Part shown: positions 21,434-31,569 of the stretch, piece by piece
Layout: the number at the start of each line of letters is the position of its first letter
Position numbering within the stretch: the first letter of the stretch is position 1
Assembly (NCBI GenBank): GCA_050949565.1
Contig: JBMNFY010000017.1
Span: 416,001 to 480,000 of the forward strand
Direction: 5' to 3'
Length of the DNA stretch: 64,000 bases
Origin: Kiritimatiellia bacterium
Lineage (GTDB): Bacteria; Verrucomicrobiota; Kiritimatiellia; RFP12; UBA1067
The notes under the pieces: model-generated
What the model was told of the DNA's origin: nothing
Databases searched by the model: none
Seen by the model: only the letters and a program-made list of their open reading frames with translations
Position numbers and translations under genes: made by a program

Positions 21434-22396
21434 TCAGAAAAAGCGTGATGCCTGGCGGACATCGTCAGCGATTTGGCGCGCGAGTGTCTCAGGCGACGTA
21501 AAGGCGCGTTCATCACGCAACCGGGCGAGGAAGGCGACCTCGATGGTTTGTCCGTAAAGATCACCATCGAAATCCAGCAGATGTGTTTCCAGCAACGCGC
21601 GGTCGGGGATTGCGTCCGTGAAAGTCGGGCGCATGCCCAAATTGGCAACACCGTTGAACGTCTTCCCCTGCGCCTTCACGCGCACGGCATAGACACCGTT
21701 GGGCGGCAACACTTCGGCACTGGGTTGCAGATTAGCGGTGGCGATACTCAGCGTGTGCCCTACGCCGCGGCCGCGGATCACGGTATCGCGCACGGAGTAG
21801 GGTCTGCCGAGCATGGCTGTCGCGTCGTCGAGACGCCCCTCGCGCACGGCAAACCGAATGCGCGTACTGGAAATCTCCATGCCTTGGTATTCGGCGTACG
21901 GCACGATCGTGACGCGAAATCCATACGGCCGCCCGAGTTGCGCCAGCAACTCGGGCGTACCGGTCGCACGTCGGCCAAAACGCCAGTTGCGTCCGCAACG
22001 GATCTCGCTAAGCTTGGCGGACGCACTGCTTGTCGCGGTCTGCGACGCGATGCGCGGCGGGCCGCACAACCAACGGACAAAAGTCTCCGGTTCTTGCACC
22101 GCCAGTTTCCGCGTGAACTCAAGCGCCAGTATGCCATCGACCCCGCTCTGCTCCAACAATGCCAGCCGCTCTTCCGAGGTGCTCAGCAGGGGGGGACACT
22201 TTGAGGGGGCAAGCACCGCCAGCGGGTGCCGGTCAAAGGTCAACGCCCAAGCTTGGCCGTCCAATTCGCGAGCGCGTTCGACCGCGCCGGACAGCACACG
22301 CTGGTGGCCAAGGTGGACTCCATCAAAAAAACCGGCGGCCAAAACCACGGGGCCCGGGATTTTACGGAATTGCGCGGGCTGGGAAATGATCTTCAT
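21434..22396 (-). CDS. ribF: Bifunctional riboflavin kinase/FAD synthetase
   Basis: GFFDGVHLGHQ, TFDRHP, ISSTRIR, TAN, GVYA, ETHLLDFDGDLYG. Confidence 0.96.
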   Translation of the reverse strand: MKIISQPAQFRKIPGPVVLAAGFFDGVHLGHQRVLSGAVERARELDGQAWALTFDRHPLAVLAPSKCPPLLSTSEERLALLEQSGVDGILALEFTRKLAVQEPETFVRWLCGPPRIASQTATSSASAKLSEIRCGRNWRFGRRATGTPELLAQLGRPYGFRVTIVPYAEYQGMEISSTRIRFAVREGRLDDATAMLGRPYSVRDTVIRGRGVGHTLSIATANLQPSAEVLPPNGVYAVRVKAQGKTFNGVANLGMRPTFTDAIPDRALLETHLLDFDGDLYGQTIEVAFLARLRDERAFTSPETLARQIADDVRQASRFF

Positions 22397-23127
22397 GGCA
22401 AGTGAGCGTGTGCGGCCTGCGCCAGCGGGATCACACGATCCGCGAGTTGGTTGGACGTCAGTGCGAGGATATCTTCAAGCGGCAGAGCGTCTTTCACATG
22501 AAATGTGCCGGACGCTGTGCGGCGCAAGGCGTCCAAACAGGCGCCACACCCAAGCGCTTGGCCGATGTCGTGAGCCAACGTGCGTACGTAAGTGCCTTTG
22601 GTGCAGTCCACCTCAAAGGTTACCAGAGGTGGTGCCCACACTGTCAGCATCATGCGGTAGATGTGGACAAAACGTTGTTTGCGCTCGACCTCTTGGCCTT
22701 TCCGCGCCAGTTTGTAAAGCGGCACACCGTTGACTTTAATCGCCGAAACCATCGGCGGCGTCTGAAAGATATCTCCTGTAAGCGCGGCCATCTGCGCCTC
22801 GACCTGCTCGCGCGTCACATCCTGCCACGGCTTTTCCTCCAGCGTCTCACCGTCGCAGTCTTGCGTGGAGGTGGTACGGCCAAGCCGCATTTCGCCGGTG
22901 TAGGCTTTGTCGCCGCCCATGATACGGTCTGAAAGCTTAGTACCCTTACCAAGCAAGATCACCAACAATCCGGTGGCGTTGGGATCCAGCGTGCCGCCGT
23001 GCCCGACCTTGCCGATACGGAAGGTTTTGCGGATATCGCGGACGACATCGTGCGAAGTCGGTCCGCTCGGTTTATCAACCAGTAGCACACCGTCCAGAGA
23101 GGTCTGAGAGGGAGAAAAAGCAGTCAT
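22393..23127 (-). CDS. truB: tRNA pseudouridine(55) synthase
   Basis: DKPSGPTSHDVV, KVGHGGTLDPNATG, Q.PP..SAIK, KGTYVRTLAHD. Confidence 0.97.
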   Translation of the reverse strand: MTAFSPSQTSLDGVLLVDKPSGPTSHDVVRDIRKTFRIGKVGHGGTLDPNATGLLVILLGKGTKLSDRIMGGDKAYTGEMRLGRTTSTQDCDGETLEEKPWQDVTREQVEAQMAALTGDIFQTPPMVSAIKVNGVPLYKLARKGQEVERKQRFVHIYRMMLTVWAPPLVTFEVDCTKGTYVRTLAHDIGQALGCGACLDALRRTASGTFHVKDALPLEDILALTSNQLADRVIPLAQAAHAHLP

Positions 23128-23171
23128 GGTCACGCACAGAATGAAAGCAACAAAGGCGGACGCACGTCGCG

Positions 23172-23552
23172 TCAGACTTCCGGCTCCGTCGGTTCATCCG
23201 CCTGAGGAACATCAAGCTGACTCAGCACCGCGAGGACACGGTCGCCTTTTTCGATCGAGGTATCGAGTTGGAAACGCAGACGCGGGGTGTACTTGAGTTT
23301 CAGCTCGCGGTTGATGATCGTTTGCAGATCGGGCGCTTTACCGGCTAGCTTGCGGATAATCGCCGAGCGTTCGTTTTCATGACCAAAGATCGAGACGCTC
23401 ACCGTGGCGTTGCGCAAATTGCGCGCGGTCTCGACCTGCGTCACCGTAACGGCACTAAGATCGACCGGTTCGCCTGCAAAAACTTTATAGAGCGCCTCGC
23501 CGATCGCGCGCCGCAACAGCGCATTCACGCGTTCAAGACGGTCGACAGCCAT
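23172..23552 (-). CDS. rbfA: 30S ribosome-binding factor
   Basis: RLERVN, VTVTQV, LKYTPRLRF..D.SIE; position between infB and truB. Confidence 0.95.
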   Translation of the reverse strand: MAVDRLERVNALLRRAIGEALYKVFAGEPVDLSAVTVTQVETARNLRNATVSVSIFGHENERSAIIRKLAGKAPDLQTIINRELKLKYTPRLRFQLDTSIEKGDRVLAVLSQLDVPQADEPTEPEV

Positions 23553-23588
23553 AACACCTCCTTATGGGGCCGCAGAAAGCGGTTGCAC

Positions 23589-26192
23589 TCACAGAGTACG
23601 CGGCAGTTCCTCCAGCGCATAACACTCGACGGTGTCGCCGACCTGGAATTCTTCGAATCCGCTGAACAAAATACCGCACTCCTGTGCGCCCGTGATTTCG
23701 GAAACCTCGTTCTGGAAGTGCTTCAGCGATGCGAGTTTGCCTTCCCACAGCTTCTCCTTTTTGCGGAACACCCGGAACATGGCGTCCGCGCGGATCACGC
23801 CGTCCAGCAACTGACAGCCCGCCACGCGACCGGTCTTGCCGATATCAAAGATCGCGCGGATCTCGGCATGGCCCTTGATCACTTCCTTGTACTCGGGCGG
23901 CAGCAGGTCGAGCATGCGCTGTTTCACGAAGTCAAGCAGTTCATAAATGATGCGGAATGTGTTGACGCGCACGCTGTGATGGCGCGCCAGTTGTTGCACA
24001 CCGGCATCGCAGTTCACACTGAAACCTACGACTATGGCTTCGCCTGCTGCGGCCTTGTTGATGTCCGTAGCCGACACATTGCCGATCGTCGAATGGATAA
24101 TGTTGAGCGAAACCTTCTCGCTCTTGATCTCTCCGAGCGCCTCGCAGACCGCCTCGGCCGAGCCCTGCGTATCGGCCTTCACAATCAAGGCCAACTCGCG
24201 CCGCTGCGTTTCTTTGAGCTGATCCATCAAGGCGTCCAGTGAGGTGGCCTTGGTGCTGGAAAGCTCCACCAACTTGCGCTCTTCGGCGGCCTCCTCGGCC
24301 AAACCGCGCGCACGTTTTTCATTCAGCATGACGCGGAACGCCGCACCAGCCTCAGGCACGCCGGACAGCCCCATGCACTTGACTGCCGTCGCGGGCGACG
24401 CCGATTTGACACGCCGACCACGGTCATCGATCAGGCCACGCACGCGCCCGAAATGCTCGCCGCACAACACCACATCGCCGACATTCAGCGTTCCGCCCAT
24501 GACCAACAGCGTGGCCGTCGGCCCGAGCCCCTGCTCAAGTTGCGCTTCGACGACATAGCCGTCCGCCCGCCGGTTCGGATTGGCGGTCAGTTCCAGCATG
24601 TCGGTCTGCAGGAGAATCATCTCCAGCAACTGATCGATGCCCTGACCAGTCATGGCTGAAACTTCGGTACAAATGATATCGCCGCCCCACTCTTCCGGCG
24701 TCAATCCATCCCTTTGCAGCATCTGGCGCACCCGATCCGGCTTGGCAACCGGCAAGTCGCACTTATTGATCGCCACCATGATCTGTACACCGGCTTGTTG
24801 CGCGGCCTTAATCGCTTCGCGCGTCTGCGGCATGACACCATCATCGGCTGCGATAATGATTACCGCAATGTCAGTAAGCATAGCACCGCGGGCGCGCATG
24901 GCCGAGAAGGCCGCATGACCGGGCGTATCCAAAAAGGTAATCTTGCGTCCGCTGACATCCACCGTGTAGGCGCCGATGTGCTGAGTAATGCCGCCGGCTT
25001 CGCCCTTCACAACACGCGTATTGCGGATACGGTCCATGAGCGAGGTCTTGCCGTGGTCGACGTGGCCCAGGAAGGTCACGACCGGCGGACGCGGCAACAT
25101 ATCCTCGGGCTTGTCTTCCGGAATGTCATCGTCTGCGTCCTCGCTGCGCAGCACCGGGCGGCGCTCGACCGAACGCTTGGCACGCTCAAGCTCAACCTTA
25201 AACCCGTACTTCTCCGCGATCTTTTGCGCGACATCCAACTCCACGCGCTGGTTGATCGAGGCCAAGATGTTCAACTGCATGAGATCGGCAATCAGGCGGT
25301 TAGGCCGGATGCCCAATTTTTCAGCCAGTTCTTTGACGACCACCGCACCGCGCAGGGGAATCACGCGATCCGGCGGCACTGACGTATCCCGCTGGGACGG
25401 TGTGCGGGCACCTGAGCGTTGCCCGGGAACACCGCGTGCCGCAATACGTCCGGATTCTTTCTCGCGCCCGCTCTTCTGGACCTGCGTCCGCGTCACCTTG
25501 GGCGGCTCGCGGGTGGCCCCTTTGGAAATCCGGCCGATAAAAGCGGAGGCCAGTTTGTCTTCGGTCTCAAACTCATCGTCGTCCTCATAACGAGACGGTT
25601 TCGACTTGCCAGCGGTCTTAGCGGTCGTCTTGGCAGCGCGGTCGTCGGCCTTAGCCGCAGTCCGAGCCGGGGGAGCGGCATCCTTGGCAGCATCCTTGGC
25701 AGCATCTTTGGCAACGGTCTTGGTCTTGGCGACTGGTGCCACCGGCGCGGCGGCCGCTTTGTCGGTCGGCGTGACGAGGTCCAAGGCGGGTGCAGCATCA
25801 TCGGGCGTCGCGGCTGCTGCCGCCTCCGCTGTCGGCGTCTCGGCCGGTGCTTCGGCTGCGGGTGCCTCTGGGGCGATACCGCGGGCCTTTGCGTCCATCT
25901 CCAGCGCACGGGCGCGATTAACCTCCAAAACTGCCAACTCGGCCTGCAACTGCGCCGCGCGTCGTGTCGCAGCGGCTGTCCGCTTCTCTTGGTAACGGGC
26001 GGCGCGTGCCGCGTTTTCCGCCTCGATGTCGTTCGCGCTCCGCTTGGCAAACACTTCCTGCAGACGCGACGCATCCGCCGTGTCGAGCTGAGAAAGCGGC
26101 GAGTAGGCCTCGATGTCCAAAGCATCGGCCTGTTTGAGCACTTCCAAGCTGGAAGTGCTCATCTTTTTCGCAAGTTCACATACTCTTATCAT
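23589..26192 (-). CDS. infB: Translation initiation factor IF-2
   Basis: IRVCELAK N-terminus, [40 protein letters not shown]. Confidence 0.98.
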   Translation of the reverse strand: MIRVCELAKKMSTSSLEVLKQADALDIEAYSPLSQLDTADASRLQEVFAKRSANDIEAENAARAARYQEKRTAAATRRAAQLQAELAVLEVNRARALEMDAKARGIAPEAPAAEAPAETPTAEAAAAATPDDAAPALDLVTPTDKAAAAPVAPVAKTKTVAKDAAKDAAKDAAPPARTAAKADDRAAKTTAKTAGKSKPSRYEDDDEFETEDKLASAFIGRISKGATREPPKVTRTQVQKSGREKESGRIAARGVPGQRSGARTPSQRDTSVPPDRVIPLRGAVVVKELAEKLGIRPNRLIADLMQLNILASINQRVELDVAQKIAEKYGFKVELERAKRSVERRPVLRSEDADDDIPEDKPEDMLPRPPVVTFLGHVDHGKTSLMDRIRNTRVVKGEAGGITQHIGAYTVDVSGRKITFLDTPGHAAFSAMRARGAMLTDIAVIIIAADDGVMPQTREAIKAAQQAGVQIMVAINKCDLPVAKPDRVRQMLQRDGLTPEEWGGDIICTEVSAMTGQGIDQLLEMILLQTDMLELTANPNRRADGYVVEAQLEQGLGPTATLLVMGGTLNVGDVVLCGEHFGRVRGLIDDRGRRVKSASPATAVKCMGLSGVPEAGAAFRVMLNEKRARGLAEEAAEERKLVELSSTKATSLDALMDQLKETQRRELALIVKADTQGSAEAVCEALGEIKSEKVSLNIIHSTIGNVSATDINKAAAGEAIVVGFSVNCDAGVQQLARHHSVRVNTFRIIYELLDFVKQRMLDLLPPEYKEVIKGHAEIRAIFDIGKTGRVAGCQLLDGVIRADAMFRVFRKKEKLWEGKLASLKHFQNEVSEITGAQECGILFSGFEEFQVGDTVECYALEELPRTL

Positions 26193-26199
26193 AACTCTC

Positions 26200-27459
26200 T
26201 TACTCTCCCGCCTCGTCCACACCGCTCGCAGCCTGAGCCGCAGCCCAGATCTTGTTCACGGTCTCTTCATCGAGTCCCGTCACTTCCTGCAAGTAGGGCT
26301 TCTCGGCATCAAGGACGCCATCCGTCGTCAGGAAGCCATTGGCCACCAAGGTGGACGCGGTCTCTTCACTGATATCCAACACCTCGGCCAGATCCTTGAC
26401 CGCAGTTTCGCGCTGTTCCTCAAAGGACATCTCTTCGCCGCTCTTCTGGATATTGACGCGCCAGCCTGTGAGCTTCGAGGTGAGGCGAACGTTCTGGCCG
26501 CGTTTGCCGATCGCCAGCGAAAGCTGGTCCGGCGCGACGGTCACATGCACCGTGCGGGATTCGTTCGGATCAATCGTGACCGACTCCAGCTTGGCCGGTG
26601 CCAGCGACTGCGTCACGTACTGTCGGATATCCTCATTCCAGCGCACGATGTCAATCTTCTCGCCGTTCAACTCGCGCACGATATTGCGCACACGCACGCC
26701 GCGCAGTCCGACGCACGCGCCGACCGGATCAACCTTTTCGTCCAACGTCTTGACGGCGATTTTTGTGCGGTAACCCGGATCGCGGGCGACCCCCATCACT
26801 TCCACAATGCCATCCGCGATCTCAGCGACCTCAAGACGGAACAGGGCCTTAACGAACTCCGAGCAGGCGCGCGACAACACCACCGCCGGGCCATTCGCAC
26901 CGGACTGCACGCGGTATACATACGCACGCAGACGATCACCGATGCTATACTCCTCGTTGGGCAGGCGCTCCTTGCCCGGCAGGATAGCCTCAGTCTTACC
27001 CAGTTCCACAATCAGGTCGCGGTGAATGATCTGCCGGACGGTTCCACTGACAATGTCACCGATGCGGTCTTTATACTCGTCATAAACGTTTTTGCGTTCC
27101 GCCTCGCGAATTTTCTGCAAGATCATCTGACGCGCCGTCTGCGCGGCGATGCGTCCCAAATGCGAGGGCGGAATCTCAACGTCCAGCGTGTCTCCGGGCT
27201 GCACGTCGCGTTTCAACTGGCGCGCCTGCCGCAACGGCAATAAGCCTGCGCCGCTCTCCGTCTCAGAGACCACGACGGTATCAAACGCCCTGATCTTCAA
27301 GGTCTTACGGTCAACATCCACGCGAAGGGCATCAGAAACATCTAAGCTCTTACGGGCGGCCTGCTGAATTGCCGACTCGATCGCCTGGATGATGATCTCC
27401 CGATTCACCCCGCGGTCACGCTCCAAATAACTGATAATCGACAGCAGTTCATTACTCAT
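26200..27459 (-). CDS. nusA: Transcription termination/antitermination factor NusA
   Basis: GRIAAQTARQ, ARDPGYRTKIAV, DPVGACVG, LSLAIGKRGQNVRL; GGAAGG upstream of ATG 27459. Confidence 0.97.
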   Translation of the reverse strand: MSNELLSIISYLERDRGVNREIIIQAIESAIQQAARKSLDVSDALRVDVDRKTLKIRAFDTVVVSETESGAGLLPLRQARQLKRDVQPGDTLDVEIPPSHLGRIAAQTARQMILQKIREAERKNVYDEYKDRIGDIVSGTVRQIIHRDLIVELGKTEAILPGKERLPNEEYSIGDRLRAYVYRVQSGANGPAVVLSRACSEFVKALFRLEVAEIADGIVEVMGVARDPGYRTKIAVKTLDEKVDPVGACVGLRGVRVRNIVRELNGEKIDIVRWNEDIRQYVTQSLAPAKLESVTIDPNESRTVHVTVAPDQLSLAIGKRGQNVRLTSKLTGWRVNIQKSGEEMSFEEQRETAVKDLAEVLDISEETASTLVANGFLTTDGVLDAEKPYLQEVTGLDEETVNKIWAAAQAASGVDEAGE

Positions 27460-27493
27460 CACTGCACCGCCTTCCGCTTCACGATTCCACAAC

Positions 27494-27526
27494 AAAAAAG
27501 AGCGGGGAGCCCCCACCCTTCTTATT
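27494..27526 (-). terminator. rimP/nusA-leader-like attenuator hairpin
   Basis: Minus strand AAGGGTGGGG-GCT-CCCCGCTCTT-TTTT, between the promoter and nusA; resembles the rimP(ylxS) leader consensus as recalled. Confidence 0.7.
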
Positions 27527-27548
27527 CCCTAAAAAGCACAATCAACGC

Positions 27549-27577
27549 ATGGTAGCTTATACATGGGGCGGTGTCAA
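27549..27577 (-). promoter_or_regulatory. Sigma70-type promoter of the nusA operon
   Basis: Minus strand TTGACA-17 nt-TACCAT. Confidence 0.75.
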
Positions 27578-27782
27578 TCGACAATGCAACATAATTCGCA
27601 ACACCCAGATCGAAAGGGCGCCTTTGCCAGGCCCATTCGCCACCCGCGCCGAAAGTAAAGAGAAGATACAGCCGGCAAACCGTCCTCTTGCAGGAACCAC
27701 CACTTGCCGTCAGACTCGCCGACGCACACGAACCCGCACGTCAGCAAGACGAGCGGCAACGACAACAACAGAACCCTGCTTT

Positions 27783-27973
27783 ACCATGAAACATGAAACT
27801 TCATGAAAATTAGAGACTCCCCTTGGCGTTCTTGGCGCCTTGGCGGTTCAAAAAAGCCGAGCCATGCCATCCCAAAATAGTCTGTGTCCATCCGTGGATA
27901 AAAAAACCGCGCAATGCCCTCAAAAAAGCTCTGTGCCCTTTGTGTTCTCTGTGATCCAAAAAACCCGAGCAGT
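27783..27973 (+). repeat. Modular intergenic repeat array (linker + triple short repeats)
   Basis: CATGAAA x3, CTTGGCG x3, TCTGTGTCCATCCGTGG and CTCTGTG-type x3 blocks separated by CCGAGCCATGCC / CCGCGCAATGCC / CCGAGCAGTGC linkers. Confidence 0.8.
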
Positions 27974-27977
27974 GCTT

Positions 27978-29712
27978 TTACCTCAGCATGAAAACCATGC
28001 CGTCAGAGAAATAGAGCCAGACCGTGCCGTTTCCCGCCCTCTGCAGATGCCAGCGCTCGTCCGGCAAGTTGGACCTGCTGAACATGCCCGTCGTCTGCGC
28101 GGAGAGCTGAGCGACCGCGTAGCGTTTTCTCCGGCTGAGTTGCGTCACATCCACCACATGCAACGCCACACTGGAGATATCGACATCCCCGTTCAGGGTG
28201 AGCGTGTCACTGGCGCCCTCTGCCGTCACGTCCAGCAGGTACACACCCTCCAAGAGGGCACCCTGACCGATTGTGATTAACTGGGTGCCGATGGACGGCG
28301 TGCCGCCCGGCGAGAACTCCGTGTGGAGCGTCCCGTTCACCACAGGCCCACTGCCACTGACCGTATTGGTCACCGTGAACGCACCGAGATCAAGCGTCCC
28401 CGCCTCCTCCACGGCAATGGCGCTGCCGGGCAACAGGGCGTCGACGCACCCGAACTTCAGCGTGCCACCGCTGACCGTCGTGCCTCCCGTGAAGGTGCCC
28501 GCGCCGCCCAGTGTCAATGTGCCGTTACCGAGCTTGACCAACCCTCCGCTGATGTTCTCGGCCAGCGTGACCTGCCCCACGACCGCAGGCGTGAGGCACC
28601 CCCCGCCACGCAATGTCACATTCAACTGATCCCCGGCACCGTAACCGCTGCCGGCGGAGGTCACGAGAATGTTCGTCACCTGACCGCAGAGGGGACTCTC
28701 CGGCTCCAGGTCAACCAGCGCGATGGCCGTCGCGCCGATACCCGCCCCGCCGCTGACCAGTACAGCCGGCGCGCCGATGTAGCCCGTGCCCCGGATACGA
28801 GAGCAATGGCGCTCACGCCGTAACCCTCGGGTGCGACCAACGGCTGATTGAGCGTGACAGTGTACCCGCCCGTGTCGATCCGTGCGCCGCCCGCACGCAC
28901 ATAGGCGGCCGTCAACCCCTCTATCTGCATGGTGTTTGCTGCGGCCTTGAGCAGCCCACCGTTGAAGTTGAAGTGACTAGGCGTTGTGGTGTTCGGCGTG
29001 TTGTTGCCGAACAATGCATCCGCCCTATGAAGCGTCAATTCGCCGGCATTCAGGTTCACCGCGCCGAGGATATTGGTTCCACCGCGTGCAAGGTTGATCC
29101 TCTTCTGGATCACTGAACCGCCGCGGTCAAACATCTTAGCGCCGGATCCCAGAAGATTGACTTGGGCGGTGATCCTGTGGCCGTTGGCGTATCCGAGCAG
29201 CACTTCGCCACCTCTGGTGTCGCCGCCGCCGTACGAGCCGCCGAAAATATTCAGCACGCCCACCTCCCTGCTCCACGCGACCAGCAGGCACCAACCGTCC
29301 ACCGTGACCTTGCCCCCAAACAGGTCTATCACACCGACACTGCCGTCACCGAGCGCGCCGGGACCGCCGACCGCGATCTCACCGCTGCACAACTCACCGC
29401 CGGTAATGCGGTGATAACCGTAACCGCCGAGATTACCCACCACATGGAAGGCATCGGCCGACACACCCGTGCTGACATTGAGCACACCCGAATGCTGAAT
29501 GATCGCGCCGGAAGCACCGAGCCCGTTGCCGACATGCAACTTTCTGTTCGCCTCTCCAGGCAACGCCTGAACGTTCAACCCGCCATCCAACACCATCACG
29601 CAACGGTCGCCGGCATTCGTGCCCACCCGGATGTTGCCGACGCCGGTCAACTGCGACGCACCGTTGACCCTGACTGTGACCGGCGAGCCGCCGCCCAAAA
29701 TGCCGACCCTGA
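27978..29712 (-). pseudogene. 3' part of an autotransporter-associated beta-strand-repeat protein; 5'-truncated and frameshifted at 28789-28792
   Basis: ORFs 28676..29806 and 27978..28679 join if one G is added (ALVSG-GTGYIGAPAV...GQVTNILV); no signal peptide or plausible start; ends FSDGMVFMLR*. Confidence 0.75.
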
Positions 29713-30113
29713 TTCCGCCGCGCGGCATTGAACTGCGGGCCAGCACCGACAGCCTGACCCACTCCGACCCGCTGATCCGAACCATGCTGCAGTTCTTCCG
29801 CGACAACCTTCACCGTAGCATCGGGGTCGATGACATCGCCGCCGCGCTCGGTCAGACGCGCCACAAGTTGGAGGCGCACGTAAGCAATGTGCTGGGGCAG
29901 ACCATCTACGCCACGCTCATGCGCCTGCGCCTGTATGAAGTCAAGCGACGTCTGTCTCTGACCGACCAACCGGTCAAGGAGATTGCCGAAACAACCGGCT
30001 TCTGCCATGCCCAGCACTTGAACAACGCTTTCCGCCGGTTCGAACACTGCACGCCCACCGCCTTCCGCAAGCGCGAACGGCGGCAGCGTGCAGCGCAGAC
30101 ATTGACCACCTAG
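29706..30113 (+). pseudogene. C-terminal AraC HTH fragment of an XylR-type regulator (5'-truncated)
   Basis: TLIPPRGIELRASTD linker and IAETTGFCHAQHLNNAFRR..TP match the intact XylR at 51945..53108 (ILVDPVTIVERASTD, GFCHAQYLS); the ligand-binding domain is absent. Confidence 0.8.
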
Positions 30114-31441
30114 ACGCGCATCTCCCAGCCTTTTTCGTACTCGCGCGCCCAAAGCTCGGCACCGGGACTGCCAGCCGCCAGACGACCGGTCTCCGGATTG
30201 ACCTTGACCGTCTCGCCGGTGCGGTGCGCGATGTTGGCGAGGTGTGTCAGCAGAGTGCTCGTATGCGCGATCCCTGCCGGCGCGGCCGTCGCCGGGTTCT
30301 TCTCGCGGATGCAGTTCACGAAGTTCGAGAGATGCGTCGCGTCGAGCCCCTGGGTCGGGTCAGTCCGGTTGGTGGCGTCGCCCACGACATCTTTGGCGGT
30401 CCACTTTTTAAGCTCTTTGCCGCTTGGGTCAAACAGCGTGCAGACGTTGTTCGGCGTGAAGAGCACCGCGCCCTTCAGCCCGTAAATCATGCACCCCGTG
30501 CTGAAACCCTCGTAGGGCCGTGCCCTGACCGAAGTAAGCCCCTCCCACGTCATAAAACGGTTGCCGGGGAACTCAAAGGTCGCGGCTTGCGTGTCAAACC
30601 ACTCCCAGTCGTCGCCCTCATGGAAGAGACGCCCACCCCCGCAAGTAACCCGCGTGGGGAAAGTGGCATTCAGCGCCCAGCGCGCGATGTCCACGTAGTG
30701 CGTGGCGTTGTTGCCGCACTCGCCGGTACCCCAGTGGTGGAACCAGTGCCAAGTGTAATGCACCACATTGTCCTGATACGCGCGGCGCGGCGCCGGGCCC
30801 TGCCACAGATCCCAATCCAGCCACTCCGGCACCGCGACTTTGTTGCCCTTGCCGATCGGCGCGCGTTGCGTCGCATACCAGCAGCGCGCAAAACGCGGCG
30901 CGCCAATCAGACCGCCGTGAACCTCCTTGATCACCTGCTGATACACTGTAGATGAGCGACGCTGGCTGCCCATCTGGAAGACCGCGCGGTATTTGTCAGC
31001 CGCCTCGACCAGCATCTCGCCCTCGCGGGGATTGTACGACACAGGTTTCTCCACATAGATCGCCTTGCCCGCCTGCATGGTCATCAATGCGGCCGGGGCG
31101 TGCCAGTGATCCGGCGCGGCGCACACCACCGCATCCACCTCCTTGTCCTCCAGCACCCGCCGCAAATCCTTCTCTTTCTTGGGCGTCTTTTGCGTCCGCT
31201 TGAGCACCTCGGCCGCCGCATCATCGAGTGCGCGGGCGTCCACGTCGCACACGGTTGCAATCTCCACGCCCGGCAGTCCCGCCAGCGTCTTCATCAGGCT
31301 GAACCCGCGCCCTTTGGCATGGCAACCCATGACCGCCACGCGCACCCTGTTGGACGGCGCGTCCTGACCGAGCGTTCCCGACGCGACGCTCGCTACCGCC
31401 GCAGTTCCCAGTGCCGTCTTCATGAAATCCCGTCGCTTCAT
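30110..31441 (-). CDS. Tat-exported Gfo/Idh/MocA oxidoreductase
   Basis: KRRDFMK, CDVD, APDHWH, YVEKP, QMGSQRRS, DWDLWQGPAP. Confidence 0.93.
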   Translation of the reverse strand: MKRRDFMKTALGTAAVASVASGTLGQDAPSNRVRVAVMGCHAKGRGFSLMKTLAGLPGVEIATVCDVDARALDDAAAEVLKRTQKTPKKEKDLRRVLEDKEVDAVVCAAPDHWHAPAALMTMQAGKAIYVEKPVSYNPREGEMLVEAADKYRAVFQMGSQRRSSTVYQQVIKEVHGGLIGAPRFARCWYATQRAPIGKGNKVAVPEWLDWDLWQGPAPRRAYQDNVVHYTWHWFHHWGTGECGNNATHYVDIARWALNATFPTRVTCGGGRLFHEGDDWEWFDTQAATFEFPGNRFMTWEGLTSVRARPYEGFSTGCMIYGLKGAVLFTPNNVCTLFDPSGKELKKWTAKDVVGDATNRTDPTQGLDATHLSNFVNCIREKNPATAAPAGIAHTSTLLTHLANIAHRTGETVKVNPETGRLAAGSPGAELWAREYEKGWEMRV

Positions 31442-31569
31442 TGTCATCCTCCAGTTTGCGTTCTTATCCGCGCGTTATGGTAACGATTTCCGTGCAATTC
31501 AGCAATTGCACACTCGAAAAAAAACATGCAAATTATTCAGGGACCAGCGAGACGCAAGACACCGGCGCA

